Source: Vicugna vicugna
Taxonomy: Eukaryota
Length of the DNA: 64,000 nt
Reading direction: 5' to 3'
NCBI GenBank assembly: GCA_013265495.1
Contig: MU058059.1
Coordinates: forward strand, 3,387,502 to 3,451,501
Position numbers and translations under genes: made by a program
The notes under the pieces: generated by a model
Told to the model about the DNA's origin: nothing
Databases searched by the model: none
Seen by the model: the letters and a program-made list of their open reading frames with translations, nothing else
Part shown: positions 13,201 through 25,200 of the stretch, piece by piece
How the letters are laid out: every line of letters begins with the position of its first letter
Position numbering within the stretch: position 1 is the first letter of the stretch

Positions 13201-16200
13201 CGCGACTCCACTTACACGCAGGGCCCAGAACAGCAAGAGACACAGAGCAGACCGACCGCGGAGGGAGGGGGAGCGACCGCCTAAAGGGCAAGGGTCTCCC
13301 TTTGGGGTGATGGGATGCTCCAGAACCCCCGCAGTGATGCTGTGCTGCCGAATGCCGAGTGTGAGCAGGGGCAGGAGCGGCTGTGCGCACGTGAGGCTGC
13401 AGCACAGTGAGTGTCAGAGGGACAGGACCCGGACGGGCCTGGAGCCACCCCGAGCAAGGACAGAGCCGGAAGGCAAAATGCAGGGGCCGCCCCCCGCCCC
13501 CTGCAGCAGCACTCACTCAGCCAGCTCCGCCCGGAAGCGCCAGTTCCTGCTGTTGTCCGTCACCAGAAACTCCTGCAGCTGGTACAGGTACTCTCGTCTC
13601 TTGTCAACATGAAGGAGCTGAAGGGACAACACGAGAGCCGTCACTGGGCAAGGCGCAGATGCTTCTCTCCCAGACTGCTCAAAAGTGATGGCAAACCACA
13701 CGGCTCTTCTGCAGGACAATGGCTGCAGTAGGTACATGTACTTGTTTTAAAAACTGGTATTAAGTTCATTTTCCCGATAGTCCAGGCATTATCCGCTTTG
13801 ACACATTTGCTTCCTGGGCCACTGTGTGTCCCCCGGACTCTAGTGTCCCTAGCCCTTGGGCACAGCTTGGCCAGAACCCTCGTCCTCTTTACTCCCACGA
13901 AGTCCGAGTCATCAGACTCTCTGGACATAGCGGCTGTGCTCTTGCTCAGACACATGAGCCCAGCAGGCGGCACTGTGAAGGCACACAGTAGGTGCTCAAT
14001 GAGTGAAGAAAACAAAAAGGAATTTACCCCTCTAATTAGTTGTTCTACAAACATTTAAAAGTAGGTTTAAGTCAACGGGGGGGAGCCCCAAAAGCTGATA
14101 TACACAGGATCCATCAAACAGGTAAGATCACACAGGAAAAAGTCTAAGTCTGAACTCGCTGTTCTGAGCACATGTCTTCATGGAACACGTTCTAATGGCA
14201 GGAAGTGCAGGAGGGAACCTAGAGCAGGCGTGCTCTCATGTCAGTATCATTCCTGGTGGAGGAGTTCGGAACCTGTCCCACGTGTGCTGCATAAGAGCTG
14301 AGCAAATGACCGCGTGAGCTAATGCTGCTAAAAACAGAGTTTTTACCACAAGAGAAAAAAGGAGAGGAAATGGTACTGGATCAGAAGTGGAGATATCAAT
14401 ATGAACTCAACAATTAAAAAAAATCAGTAATTAAAAAAAAAAGACCCAAACCCCAAATCCCCTCCTCCTGTCCGTCTCTGGAAAAGCCCAGGAGGAGTGG
14501 CACCTGGGGGGCCGCCCGGTGCCTGGACCCTGGCTTCCCCGAAGGTCTCGGGCCTCCGGCCGGGGCGGGACAGGAGGGGTGTGCTAGAAACCAGGGGCAG
14601 AGCGAAGGGACGCAGGAGCTGGCTTTCAGGGGCTCCTACTCACCAAATTTGATGTGCATAACAAACGACACAAATGGATTAAAAAAGTAAATCTAAAGTC
14701 CACAATGATACTAAAAACACTTCTAAAAAGGTAGAGGGAGAAAGGGGAAAGGTTATCTTTACATGAGACACCAACTAATAAATACAGGAGTTACAAACCC
14801 AGAAAATCACTATTTTACAACCTACAAGGTAACAACCGACTCAGGAAAGAAACAGGTACAAACACAAAAGCACTGGGCAAAGGACTCGGGGGGAGCCGTT
14901 CACAGGGTATGAAAGCATCGCCCACCGAGGGGTCGTGAGCCTGGACGGAGACAGTGGGCAAGGCCACTGCTACGGGGCCGCTCCACGCCGCCCACCACCG
15001 GGAGCGGACATCATCACCCTAACGCCGCCCATCCAGGAAAACAGCTGCCACCTGTGTCCAGAAGCAGCGTTCCTGAGAAGAACTCCTGTTTTACCTGAAC
15101 TCTGCACATAACAGAGCAGGTGATTCCAAATGCGGGTTGGGGGCACTCCGCAGAACTGGCCAGACCTCCTCAAAAACGCCCATGACGTTAAAGACGGGAG
15201 CCAGGGGCCTGCTCTAGGTGTAGGAGGATCACAGAGACGGGACTGGTTTTACATTCAACATGCAGCTCCCCACCGGATTCTGAGTCCAGGGGACACTCCT
15301 TGGGCAGTCAGAGAAAGCACGATCTTTGTAAAATGTAACCACATGGTAACTACAGCGGTATTCTAGGATTAAACAGTTTGCAAAATCAGAGCTGTCCGCC
15401 TCAGACCCCACACCAGAGGGGTGAGGGCAACTCAGTAGCATAAACATAGCAAAACGTGAAGCGCCAGGTCCATAAAACCTCTTACGTGTATTTAGTTCAA
15501 TGACTGTGGGAAAAAACATGCAAATACTGGTGCTCACGATCTAACATCGTTTAAAAATGAAATTCAGGGTGACTATTTTTAAATTAAACATTAAAGTGAC
15601 ACCACTGAAACAAAAAAAAAATAACCAGTCCCATTCTAGTCAAAGTGAATCTCACAACCAAATTCACAGCTACATTTCCCTACACAGACCACACAGAAGC
15701 CTATCGTGATGGTGACACAAAGCCAAATTTTTACATCTACAGTGGAATTTTAGTGTTTATCATGCAAAGAACTTAAGGGTTACCTTTAGAAAATCATGCA
15801 GGTGTTTCAGGACACCTATCCTGACTTCATCGAGGTCTTTCAAGAATCCATTGAAAATTGGAACCAGATCTGCTGCCGTCAGCTGATCCCCCAGGATGAC
15901 GGCGAGCTCGTGGATGGAGAAGGCCAGGGTTCTCCGAACCTTCCACTGCGGGAGAGAGACAACTGTGAGTAAGCGGACACAGAGCCTGGGTGCCTTTGCT
16001 TTTACATAGTACACATGGCTAATTTATATCTCAATGTTACTAATCTCAAGTCAAATCAGAATAAAAGTAGTAACAGAGGTCAAGTTCTAAACGCCTGCTT
16101 TGTATCAAAAACTGGCAGAAAAAATTAAAATCCCTGCACAGAATGTCTGCCTTCCTTTCTGGAAGAAGGACAGCCAGGGGATCACATGGGGAGGTCTGCG

Positions 16201-19200
16201 AAGCTCTCAGCACTGGGCGCCAAGCTCCTCGCTGCCCTGGCTCCTCCCCCTGCCCCCTCCCCACCCCAGCACAGACCACCCTGGGTTAAAAACAACAACA
16301 AAACTTGTTTTCAAGGAACTGGAAATCAAAGAAATACAAGAACAGGATAGTTTCTTGCAGATGGCCCTGAAAAAGAACCCCTGAACAGAAATGCATTGCG
16401 TTCACAGGAAACTTGATGTCAAAAACCATCTTTTTCTTCTCATGCCCTGAATTTTTAATATTTTACTCTATTATTTAGCTTAAAACTTTACTGGTGGAGA
16501 AGCTGTTTAGGACAAAGGCTTTCTCTTTCTTCCTGCCCCCAAGCACGAGAACCTGTTCTTGAAACAAAATGCTCTCCCATGTCCAGGGCAAAGCCCTGCT
16601 GGCCACCCAGAGTCCCAGGAACCTGAGTAGGGACGGAAAACGTTAACGGAATGTGGAGCCCAGATGGACGTCAGGCCAGTGGGTCCCACGCCCCATCCCA
16701 CCCCGGGGGCCGAGCCGGTGTAAAGTCCTCCGAGCTCAGAGGAGGGGTGAGACCGTGCGCCCAGGGTTACCCTCCACTTTCCACTTGCTCAGTCAACTAA
16801 TACATTTAGGGGGTGATCCGTCAAAGCGCCGTATAGATTAGTCTAAGCGGCCTGCATTCCAGTAACCGAGAGGTGAAGGTCACCGAGGCGAGAGGGACAG
16901 CATTCTGGAGCGTGGTGACCAGATCTAAGGGCAGGGACGGGAAGCTGGCCACGTCAAGGAGGAGCCGCAAAAAGGCCACGGCCCAGACAAACGACCCAGG
17001 GTCAACGTTTCCCACTTCTTGTCTCTCAGAGGTGGTGGCGGCGGGGACATACGTGTGCGCACACACATGCACACCCTGTGACACCAGAGCTTGGCAGGCT
17101 CACACGACCGCAGTTGTACTAAAGTTTGAAAGTGTCACTGAATTAAGTGTTTCCGACACTGTTTCAGGGGGGAAATTAAATCCCATACTCTCAAGAATGA
17201 ATCTATACTTAAACTCCAAACAGCAGCACATCCGTGAGTTAGGAACGCAGGCCTGCCAACATGATGGTCATTTCCAGACCAAAAAAGAAGGCAGGATACT
17301 GGGATGGGGAAGGGACAGGAGAACTGTGGGCCGCGGCCTTACAGGGAGAGTTCCCTGCTGTCACCTCGGAGCCCAGGCTAGAGCTGGACCATGAGCAGAA
17401 ACGCTGCCACGTTCGGGGAGGCAAACGTGCGCCTACCCCGTGGCCCTGGGGCCCGGCCGTCCCCCCACCTGCATGTCCGAGGCCAGCGTCTCGTAGGTCC
17501 CCCGGGCCTGCCCCCCCCACCTGCATGTCCGAGGCCAGCGTCTCGTAGGTCTCCCGCAGGCAGTGCCAGTTCTGCCGGCCCAGGGTCAGGGCCACGCCCG
17601 GCAGGCTGTAGGCGCAGTGCTTGGCGATCTCCGTGTCGACTGTCTGGGCCCGGGAGGGGTCGGTCATGGACAGGTACTGGTCCAGCAGAGCCTGAGGTAC
17701 CACATCCTAGGGGAGGGGCGGTGGGGACACAAGTTAGGGTCACTCATCTTCAGCGCACGGAGTTAACGCAGCATCTCAAACAGCAGAGAGAAACCAATCT
17801 CAGTCTCAGGAATCCAGTCACTGCAAGAAGAAACCAGGCGGACAGAAATACCCCCGTCAGCAAAGAAAAGCATCTCCGGGACAAGGACGGCACGGGGCAC
17901 CTGGAACGGAAGCGCTCTGAGGGCGGTCCGCAGGGCTGACGCGAGCCCGCACCTGCAGCCGGGGTGGAGGGCGGAGCCGACGAGCCCCAGCGGCAGAGGG
18001 ACAACAGGCCCCTCTGCGCAATCACCAGCAAGGACTCTAACGCCACCGCCGCCACCGCCTTGAGAGGGAGACCCAGCAGTTCTCTACAGGACGTGAAGTG
18101 CACGTGCATCTTAACCCTCTGCAGGAGCACGAGGACACACGCGGTCTTACTCAGGCAGGTGGAACACAGCAAGGAAGGAGCCGCACTCACGGTACAGCTG
18201 GGGAAAGGGCAAGTGGGAGGAGAAGCTGAGCAGGAGCTGAATTCTGGGCTCTGTAAACGCATTATTTAAAAAATAAATAAAGCAGAGCTCCATTGAAGGG
18301 ATGAGACCATACGTAGTGGCTCGAAGATACGTTTACAAGTAAGTGGTGAAAAGCCTATGTGAAGCAGGGCCAAACCTGGTGAGAAACGGGTTTAAACATG
18401 GAAACGACCACAGCCACACAGGACACGGCGTCCCGGCTGCTCACCTGGACTCTGGGTCTCCTCTCCTCGTCGGGGCTGAAACCGCCGTCGCTGCCCAAGT
18501 CCGGATCGTGGCGCATGTAGCAGAGGGCGGAGTCCACGTCCTGTCGGGACACACAGGCACTAAAGGACCGTCCTGTCGGCTTCCTGCATCCAAACTACAC
18601 TGCTCAGTCACTCACCTTTCAAGACGGCCAAGAGATACGAATACGTACAAATTCTTTGTGCTTTTAAACATTTAAAACACACCTAAGACCACATAAAAAC
18701 ATCCCCTGCCTTCAAACATGCACAATAGGTTGCTAAACATATGAAAATAAATTCCAAAATGAATGTAATTCAAAACTAAACTCAGAAGTAATTTTGAAAA
18801 GGCCCCCAAATCTAAAATTGTTCATTAACAAAACAGCATTTAGCCAGAGAGAGTCAACTGCTCTAACAGCCGTGCAGCAGCACCTGCAGTTTCTGTTCTG
18901 TTCTTTTCTATCCCGGCTACCACTAATTGCACAAGTACATTTTATTAACAGCCCCTGCACCCCCCAAAAAACCTCAAATGAACACAAAACACCTTCTAAA
19001 ACACAGAGGCATTGCACTCAAATTTGCAACGATGCTCAGTGGTTAGGTTTCCTCTGCAGCCCTGGTATCACTCGAGCCCTCTAACTGTGCCACATGTCAT
19101 CTGACAGAAAACAAGCTCCAAATCCACCAACGCCTGGGGCCCTCGTGTGCCCCTACGCGCACGTGGACACTGCTCCCTGAGCTGACTGCTCGAGCTGCCC

Positions 19201-22200
19201 TGACCTGCAGCCACCCGACTCTGGCAGCCAGCAGTGTGTTCTGGCTCCATTTACATCAACAAGGGATGAGAAGGGCCGAGACCCAGCGGTGCTGGCCTGG
19301 CGGGCGTGGGAGGAAGCTGGGGGACAGCCGTGCACAGGGAGGGGACGCTGGTAACAGTACCCACCCTCACACTCCAGAGTCCAGATAATCCCGCAACATG
19401 GCCTCAAGTCCCGATCTTCCGCTCAGAACACTGTTGCTCGCAGCAGTGAAATGGTCCACTCAGAAACAAAGCACCTCTCCAAAAAGAAAAGGGAAGAGTT
19501 AATGATTCTTGATAAAGGGCTTTGTTTCCGGGAAGACTATTTCACTGCGGTGAGCTCCGTTAACACAGACCCTGCTGACGTGGTCATGGAGACGGGCCCG
19601 GGATTTCTAGGACACCGGAGTCACAAAGGCGGGAGGTGGGGACGGTTACTCTTACTTTGTGTGAAGGGGGAACTGAGACAACTGCTGACAGACAGAGGAC
19701 GTGCTAACTGGGAAGTGAGCCACGGCCGTTCCCCCCCAGAGCCTCCAACTCCACCGTCTCACTGACGACCCCTGTGCCCCTCGTTACCTCAACAGCATCG
19801 CTGATCAAAGGCACGGAGGCTTCGCGGCTGAGCCCGCAGCCGGGGAGCTCGCCGGCGGCCGGCTCGTCCTGCACGGGGCTCCTCCTGGCCACCTCGCCGG
19901 GCTCATCGCAGGCATCCAGGCTGGAGGCGCGCAGGGCGGCGGCCAGCACGTCCACCTGCGCTGTGGGCGGGACGAGAGGGCCAGTGAGCGCCAGCTGGGG
20001 CGCTCGGTCCCCTCCCTCTGCAGGGTTATGGGATCAGTGGGATGCGATGCTTTGACACTGCCATCAAAAAGCTGGGGGAAAACTCTACTGCGGTGCAGCA
20101 TTAGTTCCCCGAGAGAAAAAGGAGAGACTAATACGCTTTCGTGAGATTAAATGTGTTTATCCACTACTGTACATTATTCTGCGTTAGTAGGAAGAGACAC
20201 GCTATCTAGTGCTGGAGTCAATCTCGGTGAGTTAACTATGTCGGGTAGTGCGTGAACGGGCTGACAGGGCTACTTACTAAGCTATTTTAGCAGAAGAGCA
20301 GCCACCTGCCAACATAAAACAACGGTAATTACAAAGATTTCTGTGGCAGTTACATTTAAACATCTTATCCCAATTTGTTGTGTTGTCCTCTAATTCTTCT
20401 TGAAAATGAAACTGGTGACCTGTCCCAGACACAGGGGACTGTCTTGCTCGAAGCAAACCAGAATGTCATCACCAAGCAGTTCTCAAGTCTGGCAAACGGT
20501 TTTGTCAGTGTTGTGAATGACACCTTCTTCATAACAGTGATTCAAGGCTAAGGTAAAACATTCTTCCTTCCCCCACAAGGAAAGGAGAAAGTTAGCAAAA
20601 AATATTGTTTAGTGTTACTTGAAGTAACAATCCACCTGGATCCTCAAAATACAGAATTTATAAATTTTAACTTCAAACGTATTTAGTACAAAGATTAGAA
20701 ATAGAAAGTGTGCCCCCCCATACTTAAAGATTATTTTAGAAGCAATCAGAGTGAGTACTTTATTAGGATAACCTATTATGGTGCTGTAGCATTTTTAAAA
20801 TTCTAATTCAGCACATGAGGTACCTGGAAGTAAAGACAAGAAACACAGGATGAGGTTCTTTCTATTCAATCAGGTCATTCTTTATTAAATAAACTGAAGG
20901 TGTCAACCGTGAAAAGTTACCATGGAACGCATCCTCATTCTTCAGAGAGTTTAGCAGCAATTTGTACTAATCCTTTAATCAAGCCAGCTCTCCCCAGCAG
21001 ACTCCTTCACATTTCCACGGTGAAGGCACAACAGCACCCGAGAAGACCGACCGCCCCAATGTGTGCAGGTCTGAGTGTCCTGTCTCACATGAGTCATGGG
21101 GGGGGGGCTGGCGCATCTCCAACCTTTCCCAGGAGAGACTAACGGATCAGAGCCTGCAGTCACTCATCTGAGCAGATGACAGACTCTCCTCCTCCACATT
21201 AATCTTTGTCTTGAGGTCTGTATGTTCATAAAAGTTTAAAACGAGTACCCCTGGGAAGTCACCTCCTTCAAGAAAACGGGTACAGGATCATGGAGGTGGG
21301 CCTGAGCCGATTCCTGGGGGGCCCACAGACCTACCACTGGGACCACGGGCTCCATCCCTTCTGCAGTGCACTTACAACGCGGACACGAACCCTGGGTCAG
21401 AGCGCGTTTACCACAGGTCTGTGAGGACACGGCCCCTGCTGACCGCTGCTCAGAACAGGGTTGGCCGGGAACCCGGACGGCACTCCCCCCAGCGAAGCTA
21501 CACCTTCTGTCTGCCCCACACTCTGCTCGTGGTTAGTCACAAAAATCCGCAATGTGACTTTTCTGGCCACAGCTGCCAAAAGGACCCAATTCTTCTGCTG
21601 GGCCCAAGCCCCCTGGAGACAAGTCCGTCCTCCGTGGGCCCTGTCGTCTCAGAACTGGTGCCGTGAACGCTACTCGGCCGCTCTCAGGTTCAATCCTGAA
21701 TCAGCCCGGCCCCCGGACCTGCCAGCGATTTTCAGGGTCAGGACACATGCCCCACACTCCCTCGTACAGGGTCTGGAAGAGGGGCCTCTTACACCAGCTC
21801 TCTGTCTCACTCCCTCCACGTCGTAGGACCTTTTTCAGTTCTACAGCCGAGAACGGGCTTCCTTTTTCTGACAGGACCGTCTCATTCTAGTTCCCGGAAA
21901 CACTTAACTTTCCTGACCAGAAACGCACACCCACACCCAGTCATTAATCCATCAGTGCTTGGAGGAGGTCAGAGTTAGACTGGGAAGACCGTGAAGAAAA
22001 ACTCCCGAGTCTGGTGACTGTTCCCAGGACATCTCCCACCGAACAGCACAGAAAGGGACATGGACAAGGCTCTGGAGGCCGAAAGCCACCCGCCAAGGGG
22101 CCGGCTATCACGCCCCGGGCACCTCCCCGCGTCCTCAGGCACAAGCACCAGAAAAACACTTAGCCACACAACACAGCTACCTTAGTCCTGTCAGAACTCC

Positions 22201-25200
22201 ATTTCCAATTCTGGGTCAAAGTTCTGCCTTTCAAAAAGGCAGACATTCTCTACCAGTTTGAAGGAGATGGCTGCCCACAGTGGCAGGATTAAAAAAGAAA
22301 AATGCATCCCAAGTTAAGGGACACCCTTAAAAACTCAAAACACCTAACGGTCTGAAAAGTCTGGCAGTTACTGAAATTCACACTGGGTTCAACACGCCCT
22401 CGGGTTTCAGCAAAATCAAGGCTCCAGAATCCTGCAGCCACACACCCAGCACAGATCCCGTGTTTGGCGGCAGGACATCAGAACACAGTTTGTGAAGTGA
22501 GTCTCACCTGCCACGCTCACTGAGGCTGGGATTTTTGTCTGGTTTGTTCCTGGCGTGTATTTAGTGCCCAGGAGAGGGTCTGGCACTTAACAGCTGCCCG
22601 CTAAGTAATGCTGGATGAATCCACCAGTGGATGGATATGTTATCAAAGTATCATCATTATGGGCAGAAAGAACACGATGAATTTAAATCACAGCAGGTTT
22701 AAGAGCTGAATCAGAAAGAGAACTGATTGAATCATAGTATGGTGTTACTACTAAAACCTCTCGTTTGCAGTCTGTAAACTTTCAGTACAATTTTAAGTCA
22801 AACCGTGTTAATTTCTCCAAAACACAAAGTCATATTCTGAAACTCATACATCCACGTGAGTCTTTTCAAAAAGCAAACTATGCATATTACTTTTTAGCTC
22901 ATTTGTTAAAAAAGAATTTAAAGTAGCATATTCAAGATTTCAATGAATATTTATTAAGTGTGTGTACCATGTGTCAGAGAACTGACCAGCAAGTGTGACT
23001 AGCGAGGGCTCCCAGAAACGCCAGCCAGCCATCTTTTCCCATGAAAATCAGGATTGTAAGAAAAATCACGAGAGCTACTTCAGTTTGATCAACTGAATAA
23101 AACTTAAATTGATAAACGATGGCAGCACTTATTTAAACAGGAAGCAGAGGGCTGTGAAGGTGAACACTGCTTCAGGGCTGACGGCCCTCAGACATGGACA
23201 TCCCGGTCTGGGTGTGACTCCTCTCAGCTCTCCTTGTCTGGGCTGGGAGGACGGGATGGAGGGGCCACAAAGACTGGGTTTTGATCAAGATTCTCGTTTG
23301 TCAAGTGAAACCAAACCTCCGTATCTGCTAGATCATCAGATCATTATGAAGAGCAGAGTCCTGGGTTTCAGGGGTAAAAACCAACAGCCAGAGCCACAAC
23401 TGAGGAAAAAGCCAAGAAAGTCAAGCTGTAAGGTTTTTGTAGAAAAGAATCCACCGTGAGGGATAAAAACAGGATATTCTACTGAAAACACTCGTAAGGA
23501 GAAGTGAACTCCTGGGACCCAGAACAGTGGGATAACCTCAAACACAGACTCAGGGCGCCCCCGCGCCTGACCCCACGGGCGCGTCTCTGGAGAAGGCGAA
23601 CCACAGGGTCACAGAGCAGACTGCTGGCTGCTGGGGACGGAAGCGGGGGGCGCCGCAAGGGACCCGACCCTTGCCAGGTAAAGAAAGATAACTTTCAACC
23701 ATCTAGGGTAATAGTCTGCCTTTAATCAAGTCATTCAGTTTTCCTCTAAGTGCAGAATGACCACAGGAAATCTTTAAAAGTCATGGTAAGTCAAAGCCAG
23801 ATACAGGTGACAGCTGCCCTCACAACCACTGGTGAGCCTGTCACAGTTCAAACATCACAAGAATTTTCGTGTTTTAGGAAGATCCTGAAGGTGTCACTTT
23901 GTCTACTTTAAGAATGGGCATTCCTAACAGTTCAGTAATTTTAGCTTTTGCGAATAACAAGGCAAAAAAAAAAAAAAACCCCACAGTGATAAAAGAGCTG
24001 AAGACTTACAGTCTGGGGATTTTTCTAAATTCTTGTTTTAGGTAACAGTTCAGGTTTCACTGACTGGTCACAAGTGCACAGGCCCCCAACCAACAGACCT
24101 GGAAGCCCTGGCCCCCGCGCAGACCCAGGGCTCAGAGCCTCACTTCCCACACCGACTAACCAGAGCATGAATTCCACTCAATGAGAGCAACTGCTTATGT
24201 TCACACAAAACCACCTTTACAGCCATTATTCATAATGACAGAATCTGGGTGGGGCGTGAGTAACCCAACGGAACAAGTCAAAACTGGAGAACAAAGACGC
24301 CACGGTGACTCCTGCAGACGTACCCAGTAGTGAGAGCACCCACTGCACAGCAAGACACACCCTTCTGTCCAGCACCCCCGTTAACAACTCTGCAGCTGCC
24401 GGTTCATAAAAACGCCAACGAGACTGAGAGCTGGACAGTGAAAGCAGGGCTCCAGACGGGAAACCGAATGTGAAACACTCGATGACTGACAACATCAGCA
24501 CGTGTGAACCCGCACACCTGTAAACGCTACACTTAGGAGCGCAGGGACGAGCTTATCTCACACTGATTCCCTGAATCAGATTGGGCATCACTATGAAGAC
24601 AAGAATACATGAAGACAACGGTCAAAAACTCTTCCCCTCTGAGGATGCCTGAGATTCCACCTTTTCTTGGTGGCGGTTGCTGTTTAGGTGGATGGGGGTG
24701 GTTTAGGTTTAGTTATTTAACAGAGGTGCTGGGGATGGAACCCAGGGCCTCGTGCATGCTAAACATGCGCTCTACCACTGAGCTCTACCCTCCCCCGAAA
24801 TAAGTTTTGAAAAGACAATTTTTCTGAGGGACAAAGTCAGGCCGTAACGTGTCCTGCCAGCTTCAGAGGAAGCGCGTGCCGGCCCCCTACCTCTGACGTC
24901 CGGGTCGTCGACGTGCGGCTCCAGGTTCTCGATCAGCTCCTCCAGCTCCTTCCTGGTGGCCATGGTGAGGCTCGCAGAGCCAGGCACGGAGACTTGGGGC
25001 GCTGCTCCCGGGCCCTCCGGGCCGAGGGGGCTCCCAGAGCCCTGCCCCAGCTCCACGTCAAGATCTATTTCGGGAAGAGGAGTCCTCCAGAAATGGAAGG
25101 AGTTGTACTCCTGGTCCAGGAGGCCTGGCTCCTCCAACCGTGATGCAGACCGGCCATGCCCAGGCTTTCTGTCCTTCTCGTCGCCGGCCGCCTCCTGGGG

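Noticed and set aside
20183..20189. TACTAAC as a distant branch point for exon 12
   Set aside because: Several AG dinucleotides lie between it and the exon 12 acceptor (no AG-exclusion zone), so a QKI/SF1-type site is the more plausible reading.
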